Part shown: positions 52,161 to 62,512 of the stretch, one piece after another
How the letters are laid out: every line of letters begins with the position of its first letter
Numbering within the stretch: position 1 is the first letter of the stretch
Translations under genes and position numbers: made by a program
Assembly: GCA_964291215.2 (NCBI GenBank)
Contig: OZ219791.1
Coordinates: 3,232,001-3,296,000, forward strand
Direction of reading: 5' to 3'
Length of the DNA stretch: 64,000 bases
Source of the DNA: Alphaproteobacteria bacterium
GTDB taxonomy: Bacteria > Pseudomonadota > Alphaproteobacteria > MPNO01 > UBA830
The notes under the pieces: generated by a model
Database searches by the model: none
The model's input: the letters and a program-made list of their open reading frames with translations, nothing else
Told to the model about the DNA's origin: nothing

Positions 52161-53170
52161 GTCGCGCGCCCCCTGAGGATGCCCGTGGGCATGAACAGCA
52201 GGACGAGGATGAGAATCCCGAAGGAGACCGCGAGCTTGTAATCCGTCGACAGCAACTGTACGAGCCCTTCGGGGTCGAGGCTGTCCGGAAGGATGTAGGT
52301 AAGAACCTTCTTGAACGCGTAGGTGATCAGTATTTCGGAATAGGCGACCACGAAGCCGCCGACAATGGCGCCGACGGGATTGCCGAGCCCCCCTACGATG
52401 GCGGCGGCAAACATCGGAAGCAGGAGTTGGAAGTAGGTGAGCGGCACGAAACCCTTGTCAAGCCCGTACAACGTGCCCGCAATGGTGGCGAGGGCCGCGG
52501 TGAGAATCCAAGTGATGGCGACGACCCGTTCGGAACTGATGCCGCAGAGGAGGGCGAGATCCTCGTTGTCGGACAGCGCCCGCATCGATTTTCCGGTGCG
52601 GGTGCGCTGGAGAAACCAGAACATCGCGGCGACGACGATGACCGCGGTGACGATGGCGATGGTCTGGGCGACATTGATCGACAGCCCCTCGGACAGGCCT
52701 GTCGCCTGCTTGAACTCGCGCGCCCTGACGATGAAGCGGGCGCCGTCGGCAAAGTGCTGATGATCCGGTCCGATGATCAGGCGGATGATGCCGTTGAGGA
52801 CGAACATCACCCCGACGGACACGATCGTGAAGATGACTGGGTCGCTCCGCCTGCGCCGATAATACCGGTAGACGACGCGGTCGGTGACGTGCAGCAGAAC
52901 GACGGTGGCGGCAATCGCGGCGGGCAGGGCGAGAACGGCCGTTGGCAAGGGGCCCAGACTCACGCCGAGTCCCTGCAGCCACCAGGTCAGCAGCACCGTC
53001 ACCATGGTGCCGAAAGCCATGGTGTCGCCGTGAGCGAAGTTGGAGAAACGCAGGATGCCGTAGACGAGGGTTATGCCGAGCGCTCCGAGTGCGATCTGGC
53101 TCCCGTACGCGGTGGCCGGGAAGAGCACGAAATTGCAGAGCACTAGAACCGCATTGAGAAAGTCCATCAT
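52157..53170 (-). CDS. livH: Branched-chain amino acid-type ABC permease
   Basis: ALGITLVYGILRFSNFAHG, GKSMRALSDN, IVGGLG. Confidence 0.92.
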   Translation of the reverse strand: MMDFLNAVLVLCNFVLFPATAYGSQIALGALGITLVYGILRFSNFAHGDTMAFGTMVTVLLTWWLQGLGVSLGPLPTAVLALPAAIAATVVLLHVTDRVVYRYYRRRRSDPVIFTIVSVGVMFVLNGIIRLIIGPDHQHFADGARFIVRAREFKQATGLSEGLSINVAQTIAIVTAVIVVAAMFWFLQRTRTGKSMRALSDNEDLALLCGISSERVVAITWILTAALATIAGTLYGLDKGFVPLTYFQLLLPMFAAAIVGGLGNPVGAIVGGFVVAYSEILITYAFKKVLTYILPDSLDPEGLVQLLSTDYKLAVSFGILILVLLFMPTGILRGRAT

Positions 53171-53874
53171 CAGTCTCCGAGAAAAGACCCTCGGACTTCG
53201 GGGTCGAGCAGCAGTTCGCTACCGTCATCGGTATACAGGTTCCGTCCATGCACGAGGACATAGCCGGTGTCAGCGATTGCCAGTGCCTGGCGTGCGTTCT
53301 GTTCGACCATGAGCACGGATACGCCGGTGTGCACGATCTCCATGATCTTGAACATGATCTCGTCCTTGACCGCGGGCGAAACCCCGGCCGTCGGCTCGTC
53401 CAGCATCAGGACCTTCGGCAGGGTCATCAGCGCCCGCCCGATCGCCACCTGCTGGCGCTGGCCACCTGACAGTTCTCCGGCTAACTGGCGGCGTTTTTCG
53501 CTCAGGACAGGAAACAGCTCGTAGACCTCCTCCAAGGTTTTCCGGATGTCGTCGCGGCGGATGAATGCCCCCATCTCGAGGTTTTCCTCGACCGTCATGG
53601 TCGTGAACACGTTGTTCGTCTGCGGCACGAAGGCCATGCCCCTGATCACCCGTTCCTGCGGCGACAGGCCGGTGATGTCCTCTCCGTCGATATGCACGGA
53701 GCCGTGCTTCAGCGTGAGCATGCCGAAGATCGCTTTCATTGCCGTCGATTTGCCGGCGCCGTTCGGTCCCACGATGACGGAGATCTCGCCGGCCTCGGCG
53801 GCGATCGTGCAGTCATTGAGGATGTCGGGGCCGCCGTAGCCGCCGGTCATGCTCTCGCCGACGAGAAGACTCAT
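53170..53874 (-). CDS. livF: Liv-type ABC ATP-binding protein
   Basis: GPNGAGKST, LSGGQRQ, LDEPTAG, VEQNA. Confidence 0.93.
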   Translation of the reverse strand: MSLLVGESMTGGYGGPDILNDCTIAAEAGEISVIVGPNGAGKSTAMKAIFGMLTLKHGSVHIDGEDITGLSPQERVIRGMAFVPQTNNVFTTMTVEENLEMGAFIRRDDIRKTLEEVYELFPVLSEKRRQLAGELSGGQRQQVAIGRALMTLPKVLMLDEPTAGVSPAVKDEIMFKIMEIVHTGVSVLMVEQNARQALAIADTGYVLVHGRNLYTDDGSELLLDPEVRGSFLGD

Positions 53875-54647
53875 GGCATCACCTGTCCGGAGAATCCGCT
53901 TCCGAGGTACTTGATCACTACCTCCGGGTTTTCCAGCACTTCCCTGGCCGTGCCCTCGGCAAGAACTCTTCCCTCCGTCATCACGATCACGGGATCGCAG
54001 AGGCGCGATATGAAATCCATGTTGTGCTCGATCACGCAGAAGGTGTAGCCGTGATCCCGGTTCAGGCTGAGAATCGAATCGCCGATGGTTTTCAGAAGGG
54101 TCGGGTTGACGCCGGCTCCGACCTCGTCGAGGAAAACGATACGCGCCTCGGCCATCATCGTGCGGCCGAGCTCGAGGAGCTTCTTCTGTCCACCGGAGAG
54201 ATTACCCGCCGGCTCGTCGGCGAGATGGTCGATAGTGAGGAATTCCATGACCTCTCGGGCGCGCTCGGCAATGGCCCGCTCCTCGTGCGCGACGACCGCG
54301 GGACGGAACCAGGCTTTCGGAAGGCTCTCGCCGGACTGTCCCCCCGGCACCATCATCAGGTTCTCGCGGACCGTCATGGTCGCGAATTCATGTGCGATCT
54401 GGAACGTACGGAGAAGCCCCTTGCCGAAGAGCGTGTGAGGCGGCAGGCCGGTTATGTCCTCGCCGGCGAGATGGACCCGTCCTGCGGTCGGCCGGCACAT
54501 GCCGGCGATGACGTTGAACAGCGTCGTCTTGCCCGCGCCGTTGGGGCCGATGAGGCCGGTGATCGAGCCGGCGGCAATCTCGAGTGACACGCCGTCGACG
54601 GCGCGGACGCCGCCGAAACGCATGTGAAGGTCCTCGACTCTGAGCAC
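53871..54647 (-). CDS. livG: Liv-type ABC ATP-binding protein
   Basis: FGGVRAV, GPNGAGKTT, RTFQ, LSGGQKK, IEHNM. Confidence 0.93.
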   Translation of the reverse strand: MLRVEDLHMRFGGVRAVDGVSLEIAAGSITGLIGPNGAGKTTLFNVIAGMCRPTAGRVHLAGEDITGLPPHTLFGKGLLRTFQIAHEFATMTVRENLMMVPGGQSGESLPKAWFRPAVVAHEERAIAERAREVMEFLTIDHLADEPAGNLSGGQKKLLELGRTMMAEARIVFLDEVGAGVNPTLLKTIGDSILSLNRDHGYTFCVIEHNMDFISRLCDPVIVMTEGRVLAEGTAREVLENPEVVIKYLGSGFSGQVMP

Positions 54648-54718
54648 AGGAAAGGGCAGGCGGCGCGGACAGGTCTCTCCGCGCCGCCGTCTCCGTGCTG
54701 TCCGGGTGAAACCGGAAC

Positions 54719-55906
54719 CTAGTGGTAGCGAGCCGTCTCGATCTTGCCGTTGCGGATCTCGATCTCGCGGTAGTTGCCCTTGGATTCGCCGGGGCCGATC
54801 AGCTCGACTGCCGATGCGCCGACATAATCGACATCGCCGCCGGCGGCGAGGATCTTGAGGCCCTTCGCGAGTTCGCCGGGAAGGATCTTCTCGCCCGGCG
54901 CGTTGGCAACATCCATCACTTTTTTGCTGTAGACACGCGGGTCGGACGACTTGGCGGCCTGCATGGCAAGCATGATGAGTGCCGCCGCATCATAGGATTC
55001 GGGGATGAACGGTCCGGTCTTGAAGCCGTTCTTCTCCGCAAGTTCCGCAATTATGGTCGTTCCCTTGCTGTCGGTGCCCGGGTGCTGGCCGAATGAACCG
55101 TTGAGATCCGCGCCGATGGCGGCGATGAGCGAGTCGCCGATCATGCCGTCGGGAAGCACGAACTTGTCGAAGGCGTCCTTGTCGAGCGCGGCGCGGATGA
55201 CCCCGAGACCTCCCTTGTCGATATAGCCGACCACCGCGAGCGCGTCGCCGCCGGCGGATGCGAGCGCGGCGACTTCGGAGGAATAATCGGCCTTGCCGTC
55301 TTGATGGGCAGCGACGATCGTGATCTTGCCGCCGATCTTCTCGAAGGCCGCCCTGAAGCTGTCCGCAAGGCCCTTGCCGTAGTCGTTGTTGGTGTAGGTC
55401 ACGGCGACCTTGTCGATGCCGCGGTCCTTGATGACCTTGGCCATGACCGCGCCCTGGCGGGTGTCGGACGGTGCGGTCCGGAAGAACAGCCCATCATCCT
55501 TGGCCGTGGACAGTCCGGGGCTGGTTGCCGAGGGCGAAATCATCACCATGCCGTTCGGGCGGGCGACATTCTGCAGCACGGCCCCCGTGATGCCCGAGCA
55601 GTCCCCGCCGACGATGCCCTTCACCTTGTCCGAGGTCACGAGGCGTTCGGCCGCAGCGGTTGCGGCGGCATTGTCCTCGCATGTTGAATCCGCCTTGACG
55701 GCCATGACCGCTGATCCGCCGAGCAAAAGCTTCGATTCGGAAACCTCCTTCATCGCCAATTCCGCGGCGGCGCCCATCGACGGGGTAAGGGTTTCGATCG
55801 GACCCGTGAACCCGAACAGGATTCCGAGTTTTATGGTCTCGCCGCTGGCCGCTCCCGTGGCCATTGTCATTGCCGCAACGGCGGCAAACAACATCTTTCG
55901 CATCAT
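54719..55906 (-). CDS. Liv-type periplasmic substrate-binding protein
   Basis: Signal peptide MMRKMLFAAVAAM, ISPSATSP, FFRTAPSD, NNDYGKG; GGAG RBS. Confidence 0.93.
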   Translation of the reverse strand: MMRKMLFAAVAAMTMATGAASGETIKLGILFGFTGPIETLTPSMGAAAELAMKEVSESKLLLGGSAVMAVKADSTCEDNAAATAAAERLVTSDKVKGIVGGDCSGITGAVLQNVARPNGMVMISPSATSPGLSTAKDDGLFFRTAPSDTRQGAVMAKVIKDRGIDKVAVTYTNNDYGKGLADSFRAAFEKIGGKITIVAAHQDGKADYSSEVAALASAGGDALAVVGYIDKGGLGVIRAALDKDAFDKFVLPDGMIGDSLIAAIGADLNGSFGQHPGTDSKGTTIIAELAEKNGFKTGPFIPESYDAAALIMLAMQAAKSSDPRVYSKKVMDVANAPGEKILPGELAKGLKILAAGGDVDYVGASAVELIGPGESKGNYREIEIRNGKIETARYH

Positions 55907-56032
55907 TGGATGTCTCCCGTTTTCCTGCATGGTCGTTGTCGTGCGTGACGCCGCCGAAAGACCATGGCGTCCGGTTTCTGTAAATGGCCTCGCAGGGCTA
56001 CAATTTAATACGCGCTTTCGATCCTCATGGCA

Positions 56033-56090
56033 ATATGAGCGGATCCATGCCCACGATATGAGCGGATCCATGCCCACGATGAGCCCATGC
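56033..56090. repeat. 23-bp tandem repeat (2 copies plus a partial) in a divergent promoter region
   Basis: atatgagcggatccatgcccacg at 56033 and 56056, then atgagcccatgc. Confidence 0.9.
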
Positions 56091-56350
56091 TGATTCGGAG
56101 ACGCGAAATCCGAATGCGTCGAGATCCGCGTCATCACAGGTCGCCCCTTGATCGCCATTTTTCGTGCCGAGAAGGACCATCAAGCCTTGGCGGCATGATG
56201 GCGGCGCGACGCAGGCTGAGAAATCTCGCCAGTCGTCGCTGGATTAGCGGCGTAGGATCACCGTGGGACCGAATCTCCACCTATTGACTTCGCCTCCCCG
56301 CTCCGGCATAAGCGACGATGTTGTTCATCTGACAAACGAAAGGAACTGTC

Positions 56351-58561
56351 ATGTCGACGAAACCCACCGAGCATTTGGTTGACAGCGAGGAGACGCTGGA
56401 TCTGTCCCGCACTACCGGGGTGAACCATATCTCGCGCGCTGATGGACACTACGGCTCGATGCACGTCCTGGGCGGACAGGGCCACGATGTCTTCCAGGGG
56501 AACTGGGGCGACGACTACTTCAAGGATGCCGGCGGCGGCAGCCTCGCGAAAGGCGGCGAGGGGCAGGACTATCTCGAAGGCGGCTACGGCATGAATGTCC
56601 TCCATGGCGGCCGGGGCAGCGACACCCTGGTCGGGAACCAGGAGGACGCGTTCTCCGACCGTCTCTACGGCGGCGCCGACGGCGACTACCTGATTGCAGG
56701 CCGGGTCAAGGACAGCAGCCGGGTGGACGACGGCACCGGCGCGCTCACCGGCACGACGAGGGGCAGGGGTCCGCAGAGCGACCAGGAGGTCGAAAACCCG
56801 CGGGGGAACATCCTCAACGGCGGCACGGGGTTGGACAAATTCATCCTGAACCCCGACAGCTACGTCTACATTGAGGACTACGAGCGTCCGTGGGGATCGA
56901 ACAACACCAGGGACTCCATCATTGTGACCGGTCTCGGGGACGGACCGAGGCCCACGATCGTTCACCACCCCGATGGCGTATACGGGAACGCCCACTTCCG
57001 GATCATGCTGGGCGACAAGGTGCTCGCCGAGCTCAACTACGGGAAGGCTGTCTCCGGGGAGGCTGTCGATTTCGCGATCGACTGGATCGGCCAGAGCCTC
57101 TCGACGCAGCGCGGGGAGTGGGTCCAGGGTACGCAGGCGGGCGATAACCTTTCGGGCACCGCCTGGGAAGACAAGATCAATGGCCATGGCGGCGATGACC
57201 GGCTCGACGGCGGCGCGGGCGGTGATTATATTCATGGCGGCCACGGCAACGACATCCTTCGCGGCGGGGACGGTTACGACACGATGCTTGGTGGTCAGGG
57301 CAATGACACGCTTTACGGCGGTGCGGACCGCGACGCGATTGTTGGCGGTGGCGGCAACGACCTGCTCTACGGCGGCGCCGGCGAGGATGAGCTAATCGGC
57401 GGCTACGGCCACGACCGGCTTGACGGCGGTGCGGGCCAGGACATGCTCTTTGGCGACAGTGGCCGGGACATCTTCGTCATCAGCACGACCGACGAGGCTC
57501 CCGACATCATCGCGGACTTCAATGTGGCTGAGGACTATGTCCGGCTGCCGTTCGGTCTCGCATGGAACGATGTGCGGTTCGAGGCGGGCACCCTCGACGC
57601 CCCGCGGTGGGGCATCGAAGGCGAGAAGGTGCATTTCCTCGTCACCGGTACAGGGGAGGCGAAGAAACAGCTTGCCGCGTTCCAAGGTCTCGACGCGAAA
57701 GACCTGTCGAGGGTCGAGTTCATCTGGGACTTCGATCCGACCGAGGAGCAGCCGGATCCGGATGCCGGGAAGACGCTCAAGGGCACGAACAGGAAGGACC
57801 TGCTCGTCGGTGGCAAGGACAACGACACCATTGACGGCAAGGGCGCGGCGGATGTGCTCTACGGGCGCGGCGGTGACGACACGCTGTATGGCGGCAATGG
57901 CAAGGACACGCTGTATGGCGGCAGCGGCGACGACTTCCTGTCCGGGGATAACAACAACGACATCCTCCACGGCGGCGCCGGCGGCGACACGCTGAACGGC
58001 GGGAAGAGCGCCGACCGGCTGTACGGCGAAGACGGCGATGACACGCTCAATGGCGGCAATGGCGACGACATGCTGTATGGCGGCGCCGGCAGCGACAAGC
58101 TGGACGGCGGGGATGGCAATGACCGGCTGGAAGGCGGCGAGGGCGATCTCGATGTGCTGGCCGGCGGCGCGGGCGACGACCGGCTGTTCGGCGACGGTGG
58201 CAACGACCGTCTGGAGGGCGGCGAGGGCTCTGACCGTTTGCGTGGCGGCGAGGGCGCCGACGAGTTCCTCTTCCGCGCGGGCGACGGCGTCGATGTCATC
58301 ACCGACTTCTCGGTCGAGGATAATGACACGATCATCTTCCTGGCGCAGACCGAGGCGCAGGCGATAGCCGGAAACGGGGAGAAGTTCCTGGATGTTTCCG
58401 GCCTGAAGATCGTCGACGACTACGGTGCGGGCGGCGTCAGGATCACGTCGAACAAGCTCGACAACGAGATCCTCCTCAAGGGCGTGACGTTCGAGCAGCT
58501 GTCGATCGACAACTTCAGCTTCGTGACGATGGATGAGTACACGGATCTCGTGAACGGCTGA
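56351..58561 (+). CDS. RTX-type calcium-binding secreted protein (T1SS substrate)
   Basis: Many GGxGxDxL nonapeptides, no signal peptide, AAGGA RBS, upstream of T1SS genes. Confidence 0.92.
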   Translation: MSTKPTEHLVDSEETLDLSRTTGVNHISRADGHYGSMHVLGGQGHDVFQGNWGDDYFKDAGGGSLAKGGEGQDYLEGGYGMNVLHGGRGSDTLVGNQEDAFSDRLYGGADGDYLIAGRVKDSSRVDDGTGALTGTTRGRGPQSDQEVENPRGNILNGGTGLDKFILNPDSYVYIEDYERPWGSNNTRDSIIVTGLGDGPRPTIVHHPDGVYGNAHFRIMLGDKVLAELNYGKAVSGEAVDFAIDWIGQSLSTQRGEWVQGTQAGDNLSGTAWEDKINGHGGDDRLDGGAGGDYIHGGHGNDILRGGDGYDTMLGGQGNDTLYGGADRDAIVGGGGNDLLYGGAGEDELIGGYGHDRLDGGAGQDMLFGDSGRDIFVISTTDEAPDIIADFNVAEDYVRLPFGLAWNDVRFEAGTLDAPRWGIEGEKVHFLVTGTGEAKKQLAAFQGLDAKDLSRVEFIWDFDPTEEQPDPDAGKTLKGTNRKDLLVGGKDNDTIDGKGAADVLYGRGGDDTLYGGNGKDTLYGGSGDDFLSGDNNNDILHGGAGGDTLNGGKSADRLYGEDGDDTLNGGNGDDMLYGGAGSDKLDGGDGNDRLEGGEGDLDVLAGGAGDDRLFGDGGNDRLEGGEGSDRLRGGEGADEFLFRAGDGVDVITDFSVEDNDTIIFLAQTEAQAIAGNGEKFLDVSGLKIVDDYGAGGVRITSNKLDNEILLKGVTFEQLSIDNFSFVTMDEYTDLVNG

Positions 58562-58580
58562 GCCGACCGGCCAGCCGGAA

Positions 58581-58617
58581 GACTGCGGCCGCTCCTCGGC
58601 GAGGGGCGGCCGCAGTC
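58581..58617 (+). terminator. Strong hairpin after the RTX gene (terminator or mRNA stabiliser)
   Basis: gactgcggccgctcctc-ggc-gaggggcggccgcagtc; no U-tract. Confidence 0.55.
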
Positions 58618-58822
58618 GCGATTACCGCAATCAGGGCAGGGGGCGCCAACCGGTTTGCGGCAGACCGCAAGCCCGGTGGACAGGGCTATGCGGGAGCGGA
58701 CGGTTTCGTGCGGGCTATGTCGCGGGAACCGGTTCCGTTTCATCTGATTGCACGGGGCGCGCCGGATGCCGGCGCGGGCGGTGACACGTCGGGCGACGGT
58801 GCAGGGGGCGACTTTCATTATC

Positions 58823-60589
58823 ATGCATGCCGGACGCCTTGAGTCCTCCTCGCGGTCGGGATTGCAGCTCCGGGCGGCGCTTTTTCGTTATCGCGGCGCG
58901 CTGGTCGTGGTGGTGCTGCTGAGTGCGGTGGTAAATCTGCTGATGCTCACCGGCCCGCTTTTCATGCTGCAGATCTACGACCGTGTCCTGACCAGCCGGT
59001 CGGAGGCGACGCTTGTGATGCTGCTTGCGATCGTGGTGTATCTGTATGGATTGAAGGGCCTTCTCGACGGTCTTCGCGGGCGCATTCTGTCGCGGGTAGG
59101 GGCGGGGTTTCAGGACGCGCTTGACGAGCGGGTGTTCGATGCCGCCGGGCGGTCGGCGCGCGACCCGTCCCGGCGCGGCGATTCGGGGCAGGCGCTCCAG
59201 CATCTGGAGACGGTGCGCGCGTTTCTGGCGTCTCCGGCGCCCGGGGCGGTCATGGACCTGCCGTGGACACCGTTCTTTGTAGCGGTCATCTTTATCTTCC
59301 ACCCGCTTCTGGGCTGGCTTTCGGTTGCGGGCGGTGTGATTCTGGTGGCGCTTGCGCTGGCGAACCGTTGGGCGACGCGCAAGCCGCAGGACCAGGCAGC
59401 CGCGCTCTCTGCGGAGGCTGCCCGGCGGGCCGAGGATGTCCGGCGCGAGCTGGAGACGGTGACGGGCCTTGGCATGGCGGGGCCGCTTCGGTCGCGCTGG
59501 AAGGAGTTGCGCGGGGCGGCTCTGGACCGGTCGATGCGGGCGTCGGACGCGGGCGGCGGGTATACGGCGGCGAGCCGGGCGTTCCGTCTTCTGCTGCAGT
59601 CGGGGATGCTGGGTCTTGGGGCCTGGCTGGTTCTGGGGGGCGAGTTGACGGCGGGGGCGATGATTGCGGCGTCGATTTTGCTGGGCCGGGCGTTGCAGCC
59701 TCTGGAGCAGACTATCGCGCAGACGGCGCTGATCCAGCGGGCGCGGGCCGGCTGGCTGTCGGTGTCGCGGCTTCTGGAGGAGGTTCCGCCGGAGGTTCCG
59801 CCGATGGCGCTGCCGCGTCCTGCAGCGCGTCTTCTGGTGCGCGACCTGACGGTGCTGTCCCCGACGCGTCGGGAAGTGCTGCTGCGGGGCGTGACCTTCG
59901 ACATTGTGCCGGGCGAGGCGGTGGCGGTTGTGGGTCCGAGCGGTGCGGGCAAGTCGACGCTTGTGAAGGCGCTTGCCGGTCTGTGGCTGCCGGCGCAGGG
60001 CGAGGTCCGGCTTGGCGGGGCGAAACTGTCGGCCTGGGGAGAGGCGCTGTGGCGGGAGCATCTGGGCTACCTGCCTCAGGATGTGGTCCTGTTTGCGGGC
60101 AGCGTTGCGGAGAACATATCGCGTTTTTCCCGCGATGGGGACGAGGAGGCGGTTGTGCGGGCGGCGAGGGCGGCCGGGGCGCATGAGATGATCCTGTCGC
60201 TGCCGGATGCCTACGACACGATGCTCACGGGCGGCGGCGGCGGCGTGTCGGGCGGGCAGCGCCAGCGCATCGGTCTTGCGCGGGCGCTTTACGGCGATCC
60301 GGTGCTTCTGGTTCTGGACGAGCCGGACGCGGGCCTGGACGAAATCGGCACGCAGGCGCTGAACCATGCGATTGCCGGGGCGAAGGCGGCGGGTTGTGCG
60401 GTCGTGGTGGTGGCGCACCGCCGCGCGATGCTTGCCGAGTGCGCCCGGATCGCGGTGCTGGAGGACGGGCGGCTGCAGATGTTCGGTCCGGTCGCGGAGG
60501 TTATGGCGCGCCTTTCGGGGCCGCAGCCGCGGTTGGCCGTGGCGCGCGGGAAGGGGCCGCCGCAGGCGGATGCGTCGGGCGGTGACTGA
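58823..60589 (+). CDS. Type I secretion ABC permease/ATPase (PrtD/AprD family)
   Basis: FMLQIYDRVL, DLPW, GPSGAGKST, VSGGQRQRIGLARA, LDEP. Confidence 0.93.
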   Translation: MHAGRLESSSRSGLQLRAALFRYRGALVVVVLLSAVVNLLMLTGPLFMLQIYDRVLTSRSEATLVMLLAIVVYLYGLKGLLDGLRGRILSRVGAGFQDALDERVFDAAGRSARDPSRRGDSGQALQHLETVRAFLASPAPGAVMDLPWTPFFVAVIFIFHPLLGWLSVAGGVILVALALANRWATRKPQDQAAALSAEAARRAEDVRRELETVTGLGMAGPLRSRWKELRGAALDRSMRASDAGGGYTAASRAFRLLLQSGMLGLGAWLVLGGELTAGAMIAASILLGRALQPLEQTIAQTALIQRARAGWLSVSRLLEEVPPEVPPMALPRPAARLLVRDLTVLSPTRREVLLRGVTFDIVPGEAVAVVGPSGAGKSTLVKALAGLWLPAQGEVRLGGAKLSAWGEALWREHLGYLPQDVVLFAGSVAENISRFSRDGDEEAVVRAARAAGAHEMILSLPDAYDTMLTGGGGGVSGGQRQRIGLARALYGDPVLLVLDEPDAGLDEIGTQALNHAIAGAKAAGCAVVVVAHRRAMLAECARIAVLEDGRLQMFGPVAEVMARLSGPQPRLAVARGKGPPQADASGGD

Positions 60590-61883
60590 GGCGGGGCGGC
60601 GGTCCTGGCCGGTGGGTGGTCCGGTGCGGCTTGGGCTGGTGATTCTTGGTGTGGGGTTTGCAGGCGCGCTGGCGTGGGCCTCGGTGGCGGAGATCCACGG
60701 TGCGGTGATCGCGTCGGGCAGCATGGAGCTGGAATCGCGGCGCCAGGCGATTCAGCATCCGGACGGAGGGGTTGTGGCGGCGTTGCCGGTGCGCGACGGG
60801 TCGCGTGTCGAGGCGGGGGCGGCGATCCTGGAGCTCGACGCCACCGGGCTTGCGGCGGAGCGGGCGATTCTGGTGCGTCAGTTGCAGGAGGCGCGGGCGC
60901 GCATCGACCGTCTTGCCTCGGAGGCCCGGTCCGGTGACGGGGTCTCGTTCCGGGACGCGGCGGCTGCCGAGGAGAACCCGGTGCTGGCGGTTCTGCTGGC
61001 CGGCGAGCGGCGGCTGTTCGAGAACGGGCGCGAGTCGCTGATGCAGACGGTTGCGCAGATCGGCGAGCGCAAGGCGCAGACCGCGGCCTTCATCGAAGCG
61101 TTGCGGCTGCAGGCGAAGGCCGTGCGGGACCAGCTGGCCCTGATCGGGGGGGAGGTTCGCGACAAGCAGTGGCTGCTCGGGAAGGATCTGGTTCGCAAGC
61201 CGGAGGTATCGCGTTTGCTCCGGGAGGAGGCGCGTCTCAGGGGCGTGCTCGGCGAACTGGAGGCGGAGATCGCGCGGGGCCGGAGCGCGCTGGCCTCCCA
61301 CGAGATCGAGCGGCTGCGCCTGCTGGCGGAGCGCCGCGAGCAGGCGCAGGGCGAGCTGCGCGCGCTGCAGCCGCGCGAGGCCGAACTCGGCGAGCGCCTC
61401 CGGGTGGTGGAGACGCGTCTGTCGCGGCTCGTGCTGCGGGCGCCGATGGCGGGCGTGGTGCACGGGCTTCGGGTGTTCACCGTGGGCGGGGTGATCCCGG
61501 CGGGGACGGAGGTAGCGGCGATCGTGCCCGAAGGGGTGCCTCTAGCGCCCAGGGTTCGGGTCGATGCGGCCCGGATCGACGAGATCCGGGCCGGGCAGGA
61601 GGTGACGGTGGTCTTCCCCGCCTTCAATCTCCGCAGCGCACCGGAGTTCATCGGGCGGGTGCGTACAGTGTCGGCCGACGCGCTGGTCGACGAGGCCAGC
61701 GGCACCCGCTACTACACTGCGGAGATCGTCCTGGACGAGGATTCCGAAGCCGAGGCCCGGGCGCGCGGCATCGTGCCCGGCATGCCGGTCGAGGCCTTTA
61801 TCCGGACCCGCGCCCGCACGCCCCTCGCCTTCCTGCTCGACCCCTTCACGGATTATGTCCGGCACGCCTTCCGCGAGGAGTGA
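60582..61883 (+). CDS. Type I secretion membrane fusion protein (HlyD/PrtE family)
   Basis: GAVIASG, IQHPDGGVV, coiled coil, RAPMAGVV, PGMPVEAFI; GTG start overlaps the upstream gene. Confidence 0.93.
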   Translation: MTEAGRRSWPVGGPVRLGLVILGVGFAGALAWASVAEIHGAVIASGSMELESRRQAIQHPDGGVVAALPVRDGSRVEAGAAILELDATGLAAERAILVRQLQEARARIDRLASEARSGDGVSFRDAAAAEENPVLAVLLAGERRLFENGRESLMQTVAQIGERKAQTAAFIEALRLQAKAVRDQLALIGGEVRDKQWLLGKDLVRKPEVSRLLREEARLRGVLGELEAEIARGRSALASHEIERLRLLAERREQAQGELRALQPREAELGERLRVVETRLSRLVLRAPMAGVVHGLRVFTVGGVIPAGTEVAAIVPEGVPLAPRVRVDAARIDEIRAGQEVTVVFPAFNLRSAPEFIGRVRTVSADALVDEASGTRYYTAEIVLDEDSEAEARARGIVPGMPVEAFIRTRARTPLAFLLDPFTDYVRHAFREE

Positions 61884-62272
61884 GGCGTCCGGGGAAGGGG
61901 CGCAATGCACGCCGGGCTCGGGGACGATACCGTGCAGGCGCACCGCCTGCGGGCGGGAGACCGTCGCGCACCGTTCGTGACGGCCGCCGGCTATGATATG
62001 GCGGACATCGCCGACGCTGCCTTGCGGCGCACCCGGCGCCCGATAGGAGGCCCGGAACGCGCGGCTTCGGGCCGAATGCGGGAACAGGCCGGCTCTCGAG
62101 CATGCAGAACGCTGCCCCGGCAGCTTGCCGTGGTTGAAAGTCGCGGCCATATCCTTCACCCGGTTGATGGCGCCCCATGGGGCGGGCAGAAAAGTCTCAC
62201 GCTAAATTCTGATCGATTTTTCAAGGCAGTACCTGGGTTTTGTGGGGCGCGGGTTGGTGCGGAAGATTTTTT

Positions 62273-62512
62273 GTATCTACTCACCCCTTGTTGGGTTCTG
62301 ATTGGCCATAGTGCTCGTTGATGATGTCTGCGGCTTTTCCGTCGAGGGCGATCTGGGTGGCGACGAGTGGGTTGTAGCCGAGTGCGGCCATGGAGGTGAG
62401 GTAGCTTGAGCTCCGGCACCATGCTTTTGCGTGGAGCGGAAGCATCCGGACACCTTGACCTTTGCCATCCTGATCTTCTGTTCTCCGGCATTGTTGGTGA
62501 AGCTGACGTTGG
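62273..62512 (-). mobile_element. IS66 3' end with right IR, interrupted by the group II intron
   Basis: gtatctactcacccc at 62273; near-identical to 45783-46022. Confidence 0.88.

Noticed and set aside
56033-56090. 23-bp repeats as a CRISPR array
   Set aside because: Directly adjacent units with no spacers and no cas genes
57170-58270. 27-bp-period DNA repeats
   Set aside because: Fully explained by RTX nonapeptide coding
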